Origin: Thalassobaculaceae bacterium
Lineage (GTDB): Bacteria > Pseudomonadota > Alphaproteobacteria > Thalassobaculales > Thalassobaculaceae
Assembly: GCA_965228875.1 (NCBI GenBank)
Contig: OZ245843.1
Coordinates: 4,260,616 to 4,324,615, forward strand
Length of the DNA stretch: 64,000 nt
Direction: 5' to 3'
Every line of letters starts with the position of its first letter. Within the stretch, counting starts at the first letter, position 1. The notes under the pieces were generated by a model. That model was not told where the DNA came from. It ran no database searches and worked only from the letters and a program-made list of their open reading frames with translations. The position numbers were made by a program, and so were the translations under genes. Shown here in pieces: positions 1 to 8,025 of the stretch.

Positions 1-1
1 G

Positions 2-33
2 AAAAAAAGACCGGGCCGTTTCCGGCCCGGTCT
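2..33 (-). terminator. Rho-independent terminator of ahcY
   Basis: 11-bp stem agaccgggccg (8-18) / cggcccggtct (23-33), 4-nt loop, A-run at 2-8 (U-tract on the minus strand), just downstream of the ahcY stop. Confidence 0.9.
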
Positions 34-60
34 CCCGTCACAGCGATCGATAGTGTTCGA

Positions 61-1356
61 TCAGTAGCGGTAGGCTTCCGGCTTGAACGGACCTTCCGTG
101 GTCACGCCGATATACGCGGCCTGCTCCTCGGAGAGCTTGGACAGCGCGGCGTTGATCTTCTTGAGGTGCAGTTCGGCCACCCGCTCGTCCAGCTTCTTCG
201 GCAGGACGTAGACCTGGCGATCGTACTTGTCGTGGTTCTTCCACAGCTCGATCTGCGCCAGGGTCTGGTTCGAGAACGAGGCGCTCATCACGAAGCTCGG
301 GTGGCCGGTGGCGCAGCCGAGGTTCACCAGCCGGCCCTCGGCCAGCAGGATCATCCGCTTGCCGTCCGGGAACACGATCTCGTCCACCTGCGGCTTCACG
401 TTCTCCCACGTGTAGTTGCGCAGGCCGTCCACCTGGATCTCGTTGTCGAAGTGGCCGATGTTGCAGACGATCGCCCGGTCCTTCATCGCCCGCATGTGGT
501 CGACGGTGATGATGTCCTTGTTGCCGGTGGCGGTGACGAAGATGTCGGCGCGCGGCGCGGCGTCGTCCATCGTCACGACCTCGAAGCCCTCCATCGCCGC
601 CTGCAGGGCGCAGATCGGGTCGACCTCGGTGACCACGACCCGGGCGCCGGCGTTGCGCAGCGACTGGGCCGAGCCCTTGCCGACATCGCCATAGCCGGCG
701 ACGCAGGCGACCTTGCCGGCGAACATCACGTCGGTCGCCCGGCGGATGCCGTCGGCCAGGCTCTCTCGGCAGCCGTACAGATTGTCGAACTTCGACTTGG
801 TGACGCTGTCGTTCACGTTGATGGCCGGGACCATCAGCGTGCCCTTCTTGGCCATCTCGTAGAGACGATGCACGCCGGTGGTGGTCTCCTCCGACACGCC
901 CTTCACGTCCTTCATGAGCTCGGGATAATCCTCGTGCATCATGACCGTGAGGTCGCCGCCGTCATCCAGCAGCATGTTCGGGCGCCAGCCGTCCGGACCC
1001 TCGATGGTCTGGCGGATGCACCACTCGTACTCCTCCTCGGTCTCGCCCTTCCAGGCGAAGACAGGGATGCCGGCGGCGGCGATGGCGGCGGCCGCCTGAT
1101 CCTGGGTCGAGAAGATGTTGCACGACGACCAGCGGATCTCGGCGCCGAGCGCGATCAGCGTCTCGATCAGCACGGCGGTCTGGATGGTCATGTGCAGGCA
1201 GCCGGTGATCCGCGCGCCCTTCAGCGGCTGCGACGGACCGTATTCCTCGCGGATCGCCATCAGGCCCGGCATTTCGGTCTCGGCGATCGCGATCTCGCGA
1301 CGGCCCCAGCCGGCCAGCGAGATGTCGGCGACCTTATAGTCGGTGAAGTCGGCCAT
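61..1356 (-). CDS. ahcY: adenosylhomocysteinase (431 aa)
   Basis: [15 protein letters not shown] start; [46 protein letters not shown] motifs; GGAG/GAGGA upstream of ATG 1356. Confidence 0.98.
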   Translation of the reverse strand: MADFTDYKVADISLAGWGRREIAIAETEMPGLMAIREEYGPSQPLKGARITGCLHMTIQTAVLIETLIALGAEIRWSSCNIFSTQDQAAAAIAAAGIPVFAWKGETEEEYEWCIRQTIEGPDGWRPNMLLDDGGDLTVMMHEDYPELMKDVKGVSEETTTGVHRLYEMAKKGTLMVPAINVNDSVTKSKFDNLYGCRESLADGIRRATDVMFAGKVACVAGYGDVGKGSAQSLRNAGARVVVTEVDPICALQAAMEGFEVVTMDDAAPRADIFVTATGNKDIITVDHMRAMKDRAIVCNIGHFDNEIQVDGLRNYTWENVKPQVDEIVFPDGKRMILLAEGRLVNLGCATGHPSFVMSASFSNQTLAQIELWKNHDKYDRQVYVLPKKLDERVAELHLKKINAALSKLSEEQAAYIGVTTEGPFKPEAYRY

Positions 1357-1450
1357 GGATGTCCTCGTCTCCTGTCTAACGGAGCTGCCCCGGACGGCTT
1401 CGGTGCCCGCGCCCGGGAAGCTAGCTCGCATGGATGTCGGCCTCGGGGCG

Positions 1451-1479
1451 CGTATAGCAAGGCGGGGGTGGAACGGCAA
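1451..1479 (-). promoter_or_regulatory. candidate sigma70 promoter of ahcY
   Basis: Minus strand reads TTGCCG-N17-TATACG (GCTATA extended -10), about 95 nt upstream of the ATG. Confidence 0.55.
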
Positions 1480-1549
1480 GGCGAGGGGCGGGCCCGAGGC
1501 CAAATGCCGGACGCCTGCCGCCCGGTCCCGGACCGGCGCAAACGCCGCG

Positions 1550-1572
1550 CCCGGCCCCTTTCATGGGCCGGG
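1550..1572 (-). terminator. GC hairpin downstream of the multiheme cytochrome gene
   Basis: cccggccc / gggccggg 8-bp stem 17 nt after the stop; no clear U-tract. Confidence 0.4.
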
Positions 1573-1589
1573 AGACCGCATCCTGCGGG

Positions 1590-4500
1590 CTACTGAAGCT
1601 CGAGCGGCTTGACGTCCGAACCGATCTCGATCCGCCAGCCGTCCATCATCGTCCCCGCCAGGTTCAGGTGGGAGGTCAGGTAGAACAGCCGGTCGGTCTC
1701 CGGCGTGTCGTAGCCCATCTGCTTGGCCTTGTTGGCGAGTTCGAAGCGCTCGAAGAACCAGGACGGCTGGAACGACTGGTAGTAGAAGCGGGCTGTGACC
1801 GACTCCACCGGCTTGTCGCCGAGCGTTCCGCCCGCGATGCGGTACCGCAGGCGGTCGGTGCCGGTGTTCGGGCTCGCCGCGAACTCCGGATCGTCGCCGG
1901 TGCCGTAGGGCTCGGTCGCCTGCATGAACTCGAACAGCAGGTCGCCCTGGTCGGCGATGTCGGAATCGGGCGACTTGCCGGCGAACTCCGCCGCCGTCAC
2001 CCAGCCGGCCGGCAGCAGGCGGTTGTCCTTGATGTGGGTCACCCGGTGGACGAAGGACGTGGTGAAGTCGCCCGACGCGTTCTGCACCAGTTCCTCGTAG
2101 ATCTGCACCTGGTCGTCGTCTGTGATGACCTCGTAGTGCGGCTGATAGGCGGTCCCGCGCAGCAGCTCGGTCGCCAGGACGTTGCCGGTCGTATCGGTGA
2201 TCAGGCCGCCGGCGTTGGGACGGCCCGAGGCCCAGAGCAGGGTGCCGTCCTTGGCGTGGACCTCGAGCGAGACCCAGGCCCGGCGGAAGGCGACGCCGCT
2301 CGGCAGGCGGTGGCCGGTGGTGTTGGCCACCTCGACCTCGACCTCCAGATCGCCGGACGCGTTCACGGCGGCCGACCTGACCGTCACCGTGCCGACCCGA
2401 CCCTCCTTGATGGACGCGTGCATGGAGTTGACGGCAAGGTCCGGCCCGGTCTCGGCGCCGGTCTCGTAGTCGCTGCTGTCGACGCCGAGCACGTCCGGGA
2501 ACTGCTTGACCATCTCGACCATGAAGCCGTTCAGGCCGACCAGTTCGTGGCGGCTGTAGTCCGCCCGGTGCGGAACGTCGATGTCCTCCGCCGGAAGCTG
2601 ATGGTCGGCGGCGCCGTAGTCGGCGTCCTGGATCGTCGCGATCTGGCTGACCAGCGGCTTGATCTCGTCGGTCAGGTTGCCGTCGCCGTCGACGGTGACG
2701 AACCGGTTGGGCATGTGGCAGTCCTGGCAGCTCGCGAAGTCGGGGCCGTTCTTGTTGTACTTGCCGGGGCCGAACTTCGAGTTGACCCACTCCAGGTAGG
2801 TCGCCTGCTCGATGCTGTGCGGAATGCCCTTGAAGTGCGGGTTCGCCTCCAGCGCGGTGAGGATCGGGAACTCGTCCTCGGTTGCCCCGATGTTCGGCAG
2901 GTTGATGGTGTGGCAGGTGCCACACATCGCCGAGTCCTTGGTGAAGGGCGGCTTGTCCTTGGCCATCGGCGGCGCGACCACGGGCGTGATGCCCATGGCG
3001 TGGATCATCGGTTTGGGCGCGATGTCCGCAAGCGGACCCAGGAGGAGATCGGCCTCGGATCGCTCGTACAGACCGGTGTTGTTGTTGGCCGTGAAGTACA
3101 GGAAGGCGTCGGTCCACAGGTTGTCGGTCCGGCTCCCGAGCCAGGCCGGGTGATCCTTCTCGATCTGTTTGCTCCAGGCATCGACCTGATCCTTGGTCGC
3201 CGGCGCGATGTGGTGGCAGACCGCGCAGCTGATCCCCTCGCGGGCGAGCTCGCCGTACTCCGCGTCGGCTATCGGATGATAGGGCGTCGGCGGGATCGGC
3301 TGGTTCGGGTACGGCGTGAACGGCGGGGTCCGCTCCTGCTCCCTGGTCAGCGGCTCGGTCAGGTAGAAGATCTCGGGATTGAACTTCGGATCGAGGATGC
3401 CGTCATGGGGTAGGGCGGGCTTGCCTTCGGCGATCCGTTTGGCGTTCTCGTCGAGGCCCATCTGGCGCAGGCCCATCGCGCCGTGGCAGCGCAGGCACGT
3501 GTCGGCCAGCGCCTGCTGGGTGTCCTGAACGGCCTGCGGACCCGGCTTGCCGCCCTTCAGCGCCCCGTTCTCCTCCAGCAGGATGATCATCTCGCTCTCG
3601 AGCTGGGCATGGAAGATCGGGTCGCGCCCGGCCAGCCCCATCGGCGACCAGCGCCACTCGCCATACGGGGAGACGTTGTAGCCGTCGCCGTAGCCCGATC
3701 CGGTGGAGACGAACATGGACACGCCCGACGGCGCGCCGCCGAGGCCGCCGTGGCAGCCCATGCAGTTCGACGAGGTGATGTAGTGCTGCGGATCGGTGCT
3801 CGGATAGACGTTGTCGGAATACTCCGACGGCAGGGCGAAGCGCTCGATCGCCGTGGCGCCGGGATCGGCGGCCATCAGCGACAGATCGAGATAGGCCGCC
3901 AGGAAATCCGCGTTCGGCGCCGGCAGCGGCGCGTCGTGCGGGGCATCGGCCGCGCTCGCCGGTGCCGGGGCGTGCTCGTTGCGGACCGGTGTCTGCGTGG
4001 CCTCCTCCGGCGAGAAGAACGGCCGCTGCTGGGGCGGCAGGTTCAGCTTGGCGAACAGCGCGTCGCGCTCGGCCTTGGGGGCGGGCTGCATGTAGCTGTC
4101 GATGATGTCCCAGACGGCCTTGGGCTTGCCGCCGTCCTTCACCGCGCCGACCTTGGCGTGCGTCGTCAGGTAGTCCTTGGAGCGCCAGGAGTTGTCGACC
4201 TTGAACTGCAGCGGGATCTTCTTCGGGTCGTAGTTGCTGTCGGACGCGAAGGTGTTGCCGTCCTCGGCCGAGGCGTGGCAGCGGATGCAGGTGCCGACGC
4301 CGAATCCGGAGACCGGAACGGCGTCGCCGTTGTCCACGTTGGAGTTGGCGCCGGGCTTGTCGAAGGACGACCCCTTGAACGGCCCGGCCCAGAACCAGCC
4401 GTCCTTGGACTTGCCGCCCTCGTCCTGGATCATGATCGTCCAGCCGACCAGCAGGTCCGCCAGAAGCGCTTCGTAAATCTGGGGATTGTTCTTCAGGTAC

Positions 4501-4892
4501 GGCGTCTGGGACAGCGTTTGGTAGAGCGCCGCGGGCGGGTTGAACATCTCCTTGATGAGGATCGCGCCCTGGGGCACCGGGCCCTGGCGGCCGCCGTCGA
4601 CCCAGGCCGCGGCCTCGGGCGAGTAGTGAATGCGCACGGCCGGATGGGTGCCGTAGTAGTCGGCGCGGATGAAGGGGCCGGTGTCGCGGATCTTGACGTC
4701 GACCTTCCAGCCCTCGAGGCCGGCATAGCTTCGGTCGAGGACCCAAGGGTAGAGAACCTCGAGTTCGTAGTCCTGCAGCGGCATCGAACTCGGCATCGCC
4801 GGCAGCTTCTGGGGGTCGGCCGCAACCGGGGCGGAGTTCAGGCCCATGAGCGTGGCAGCGGCCACGATCATCGCCTTAAGCGCATTCCTCAT
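1590..4892 (-). CDS. exported multiheme c-type cytochrome (6 CXXCH) with N-terminal cytochrome P460-like domain, 1100 aa
   Basis: Signal peptide MRNALKAMIVAAATLMGLNSAPVAA; CIRCH, CMGCH, CLRCH, CAVCH, CGTCH, CQDCH; GAILIKEMF...IMIQD...DGWFW...CIRCH pattern; C-terminal GHRLPSGVAFRRAWV motif; GGAGAGG RBS. Confidence 0.85.
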   Translation of the reverse strand: MRNALKAMIVAAATLMGLNSAPVAADPQKLPAMPSSMPLQDYELEVLYPWVLDRSYAGLEGWKVDVKIRDTGPFIRADYYGTHPAVRIHYSPEAAAWVDGGRQGPVPQGAILIKEMFNPPAALYQTLSQTPYLKNNPQIYEALLADLLVGWTIMIQDEGGKSKDGWFWAGPFKGSSFDKPGANSNVDNGDAVPVSGFGVGTCIRCHASAEDGNTFASDSNYDPKKIPLQFKVDNSWRSKDYLTTHAKVGAVKDGGKPKAVWDIIDSYMQPAPKAERDALFAKLNLPPQQRPFFSPEEATQTPVRNEHAPAPASAADAPHDAPLPAPNADFLAAYLDLSLMAADPGATAIERFALPSEYSDNVYPSTDPQHYITSSNCMGCHGGLGGAPSGVSMFVSTGSGYGDGYNVSPYGEWRWSPMGLAGRDPIFHAQLESEMIILLEENGALKGGKPGPQAVQDTQQALADTCLRCHGAMGLRQMGLDENAKRIAEGKPALPHDGILDPKFNPEIFYLTEPLTREQERTPPFTPYPNQPIPPTPYHPIADAEYGELAREGISCAVCHHIAPATKDQVDAWSKQIEKDHPAWLGSRTDNLWTDAFLYFTANNNTGLYERSEADLLLGPLADIAPKPMIHAMGITPVVAPPMAKDKPPFTKDSAMCGTCHTINLPNIGATEDEFPILTALEANPHFKGIPHSIEQATYLEWVNSKFGPGKYNKNGPDFASCQDCHMPNRFVTVDGDGNLTDEIKPLVSQIATIQDADYGAADHQLPAEDIDVPHRADYSRHELVGLNGFMVEMVKQFPDVLGVDSSDYETGAETGPDLAVNSMHASIKEGRVGTVTVRSAAVNASGDLEVEVEVANTTGHRLPSGVAFRRAWVSLEVHAKDGTLLWASGRPNAGGLITDTTGNVLATELLRGTAYQPHYEVITDDDQVQIYEELVQNASGDFTTSFVHRVTHIKDNRLLPAGWVTAAEFAGKSPDSDIADQGDLLFEFMQATEPYGTGDDPEFAASPNTGTDRLRYRIAGGTLGDKPVESVTARFYYQSFQPSWFFERFELANKAKQMGYDTPETDRLFYLTSHLNLAGTMMDGWRIEIGSDVKPLELQ

Positions 4893-4948
4893 CAGTCGAC
4901 CCTCTCCGAAGCATTGATCTTGTTTTTTCGGTAAGGGCAACAGGTAGG

Positions 4949-4962
4949 TTAAGGGATGTCAA
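4949..4962 (-). promoter_or_regulatory. candidate Fnr/NnrR/FixK-family box
   Basis: TTAAG-GGAT-GTCAA (minus strand TTGAC-N4-CTTAA) inside a GGTT..AACC dyad, about 57 nt upstream of the cytochrome start. Confidence 0.4.
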
Positions 4963-5015
4963 CCATAACGGTTGTCATGGGGCGTGAAATAACACCGTGG
5001 TTCGAGGGTCAGCGG

Positions 5016-5048
5016 CCCGGCGGCAACCCCGGCGGCAACCCCGGCGGC
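5016..5048. repeat. 12-nt tandem repeat (cccggcggcaac x2.75)
   Basis: Read directly in the intergenic region. Confidence 0.85.
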
Positions 5049-5095
5049 GGTCGCCTCGCGCCCGCGTTCCGACGGGAGGCGGCGGGCGGACGCTG

Positions 5096-6268
5096 TCAGA
5101 CCGCGCCGCGCAGCCGATCGCCCAACTCGCCCATGCGCTCGGCCTCCAGATTGGCGAAGGCGAGGCGGAGATACGGATCCTGACCCGGGCCGAAGACCGT
5201 TCCGGGCAGCGAGAGGACGCCCTGTTCCTGCGCCAGGCGCCGGGCCACCGTGTGGGCCGTCTCGCCGTCGAAGGGATGGCGCACGTAGGCGAAATAGGCG
5301 CCGGTCGAGACCAGGTCGAAGCCCAGGTTTCCGGACGAGAACACGTCGAGCAGCGCCTGGCGGCGGCCGGCCATCATCTCGCGTTTCCCGGCCGCCCAGG
5401 GCCAGAGATGCTGAAGCGCGTACAGCGCGCCGTCCTGGCCGATTCGGGCGGCGCAGATCGACATGGTGTCCATCAGTTTCGCCACCTGCTCGATGAAGGC
5501 CGCTCCGGCCACGATCGAGCCGACCCGGTAGCCGGTCAGGCTGAACGCCTTGGAGAAGCTGTAGAGCTGGATCACCGTCGCGCCCCAGAGCGGATCGGAG
5601 AACAGGGAATGGCGCGGCTCCGCCGGGTTGACGAAGTCCTTGTAGGTCTCGTCCAGGATCAGCGCGATTCCCCGCTCGGCGCAGAGGTCGCGGAACCGGG
5701 CGATCACCTCCGGCGGAATGACGGCGCCGGTCGGGTTGTTCGGGGTCACAAGCAGCAGGGCGCGGGTGCGCTCGGTGATGAGGGTCGCCGCCTCGTCCGG
5801 GTCCGGCACGCCGCCGCGGTCGGCGCGGAACGGCAGGTGGACGGCGTCGATGCCGAGGGAGTCGAGCCACATCTGGTGATTGAAGTAGTACGGCAGCGGC
5901 AGGATCACCTCGTCGCCGCGCCGGGCCAGCGCCATGATCGTCAGGCAGTAGGCCTGGTTGCAGCCGGCCGTGATCTGCACGTTGGCCGGCGCGATCCCGC
6001 CGCCGTAGAAATCGCTCATGTGCTCGGCCAGCGCCTGCTTCAGCGCCGGGGTGCCGGTGATCGGCGCGTACTGGGCCGCCTCGAAGGTCAGCGCCCGTTC
6101 GGCCAGATGGGCGCGCAGGCCCTCCTCCGGCGGATAGCTCGGCACCGCCTGGCAGCAGTCGAGCAGCGGCTTGCCGGGGATCGGCGGGCGGCCGTCGACC
6201 CAGGACCGGGCTTCGGCGATCGGCGGCTCGACGACGGAAACGACGTCGGGATTGACGGAAAAGGTCAT
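5096..6268 (-). CDS. class I/II PLP-dependent aminotransferase
   Basis: VTPNNPTG, LILDETY, SFSKAFSLTGYRVG (PLP lysine), LRLAFA motifs. Confidence 0.93.
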   Translation of the reverse strand: MTFSVNPDVVSVVEPPIAEARSWVDGRPPIPGKPLLDCCQAVPSYPPEEGLRAHLAERALTFEAAQYAPITGTPALKQALAEHMSDFYGGGIAPANVQITAGCNQAYCLTIMALARRGDEVILPLPYYFNHQMWLDSLGIDAVHLPFRADRGGVPDPDEAATLITERTRALLLVTPNNPTGAVIPPEVIARFRDLCAERGIALILDETYKDFVNPAEPRHSLFSDPLWGATVIQLYSFSKAFSLTGYRVGSIVAGAAFIEQVAKLMDTMSICAARIGQDGALYALQHLWPWAAGKREMMAGRRQALLDVFSSGNLGFDLVSTGAYFAYVRHPFDGETAHTVARRLAQEQGVLSLPGTVFGPGQDPYLRLAFANLEAERMGELGDRLRGAV

Positions 6269-6334
6269 GGCAGGGCGTCCAAGGCTGCAGTCCCGACCGT
6301 TTAGCACGGCGCGGGCCCGGCTCGAAGAGGCGGA

Positions 6335-8020
6335 CTACTCGGCCGCGAGCGGTTTACCGCGACAGCAGCAGGCGGCGGTGACCGGGACGTCGGTGCGGGC
6401 CTGGGCCAGGGCGAGGCGCGGGCGCAGAATGTCCGCCTCCGCCTGGCCGCCGCGGCGCTCGACGCATTCGAGCAGGCCGTGCAGCGCCCAGACGTTGTCG
6501 GGGTGCCGGCACGGGCGCGGCACGCTCGGATCGAAGCCGAGATCGGCGCGGTAGACCGCTTCCGCCTCCTCGTGGTGTCCCTGCTCGGCCAGCAGCGCGC
6601 CGAGCGCGTGGCGCGGCGGGTGCATCCAGGCCCAGGGCTCGGTGTAGTTCAGGGCATCGTGGCGCGCCACGGCGAGACGCAGCGCGTCGAATGCCTCGTC
6701 GAAGGCGCCGCGCCGATAGGCGATCTCTCCGGCCTGCATGGCGACGCCGATGTCCAGGGTGTCGCGGACAGTGTTGGACAGGAAGACTGCGTCCTCGGCA
6801 AATGCGTCGCGGGCGGCCCGGAATGCGTCCGCCTCCCGCTCCGCCGCGTCCAGCTCGCCGAGCGCGGCATGGCCCACCCCCTTGGCGTAGTGGTGCATGG
6901 CGGCGCGGATCGGCGCCAGGTCCGGATCCGGCGGCGGCTGTTCGACGGTGAGGTCGCGCCATCGGCCGAACCGCACCTGCACGTGGCTGTGCATGCCGGA
7001 ATAGCCGTCCAGGATCGAGCGCATGAACGGCGCGCTCGCTTCCAGCAGGTCGCGGCGGGCGAAGCCGCGGATGCGCGCGGCGGCCCGCAGCGCGGTGCGG
7101 TACTGCCCGAGCAGCATGGCCGCGTAGATGTAGAGATGCAGGTCGTGGCAGCGGGCGGTGGTGTAGAAGTTCCCGTCGCCACCGAACGCGAGGTACCCGT
7201 CGTCGGCCGCGACCGCGCGGCGGCTCTGCTCCACCGCCTCGCTGTAGCCGCCGCAGAGCACGTAGATATGAGCCGGCATGTGCTCCAGGTGGCCGGCATC
7301 GGGGATCAGTCCGCGCAGGGTGTCGGCGCTGGCCAGCGCCCGTTCCGGTTCGGGCGACATCTCCAGCGCGTGGATATGCATGTGCAGCAGGCCCGGATGG
7401 ACGACGCCATCCCGCCGGCAGCGGGCGAGGGCGTCCTCCAGGGCGCCCAGCGCCTCTTCGGCCAGGCTCTCCGGGTTGGGGCGGCCGGTGCGCAGGTCGA
7501 ACAGCATGCGCGGCGTGCAGGTGACCGCCGCCTCGGCGAACAGGGCGGCGATGTCCGGGTCGTCGCGGTGGTCCCGATGAACCTCGCGCATGGCATCGGT
7601 GAACTCCCGGTGCCAGCGGTTGAGGGTGGTCCGGTCGCGTTCGTCCGGCCTCCGATAACGCAGGGCGATGGCGGCGATCAGCGCCGCCTCGGCCGGGGTC
7701 GCGCCGTCGGCCCTGGCGGCCGCCTCGCGGGCCGCCCGGTGGCAGGCCGGCAGGGTCTCGGCGATCTCGTCGTCGGAGAAGCGGATCCAGGCCCGGTTGT
7801 AGAACGGGCCGCCGGCATAGGCGACGCCCCACCAGGCCATGGCGCAGGCCGGATCCTGCGCCAGCGCCCGGTGGAAGCAGGCGACCGCCTCCTCGTGGTT
7901 ATAGGCGAACAGCCAGTTCAGGCCGCGGTCGAACCAGCGCTGGCACGCCGGCGATGTCGTGGTGACGGGGCGGCTCCAGGTCCCGAGATCGAACGGATAG
8001 TCCGGCGCCGCCCGGTCCAC
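6335..8020 (-). CDS. TPR-containing protein with conserved His motifs (about 561 aa)
   Basis: FDLGTWSRPVTTTSP..WFDRGL..YNHEEA N-terminus, HPGLLHMHIHALEMS, GHLEHMPAHIY, LNYTEPWAWMHPPRHALGALL; GTG 5 nt after the EI stop (start approximate). Confidence 0.8.
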   Translation of the reverse strand: MDRAAPDYPFDLGTWSRPVTTTSPACQRWFDRGLNWLFAYNHEEAVACFHRALAQDPACAMAWWGVAYAGGPFYNRAWIRFSDDEIAETLPACHRAAREAAARADGATPAEAALIAAIALRYRRPDERDRTTLNRWHREFTDAMREVHRDHRDDPDIAALFAEAAVTCTPRMLFDLRTGRPNPESLAEEALGALEDALARCRRDGVVHPGLLHMHIHALEMSPEPERALASADTLRGLIPDAGHLEHMPAHIYVLCGGYSEAVEQSRRAVAADDGYLAFGGDGNFYTTARCHDLHLYIYAAMLLGQYRTALRAAARIRGFARRDLLEASAPFMRSILDGYSGMHSHVQVRFGRWRDLTVEQPPPDPDLAPIRAAMHHYAKGVGHAALGELDAAEREADAFRAARDAFAEDAVFLSNTVRDTLDIGVAMQAGEIAYRRGAFDEAFDALRLAVARHDALNYTEPWAWMHPPRHALGALLAEQGHHEEAEAVYRADLGFDPSVPRPCRHPDNVWALHGLLECVERRGGQAEADILRPRLALAQARTDVPVTAACCCRGKPLAAE

Positions 8021-8025
8021 GGCCG

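Noticed and set aside
1357..1450. Canonical SAH, SAM-II or SAM/SAH riboswitch before ahcY
   Set aside because: Conserved cores could not be matched by eye; only a generic hairpin is supportable.
4949..4964. CtrA site upstream of the cytochrome gene
   Set aside because: Spacing is N6 and the second half is TCAA, not TTAA-N7-TTAA.
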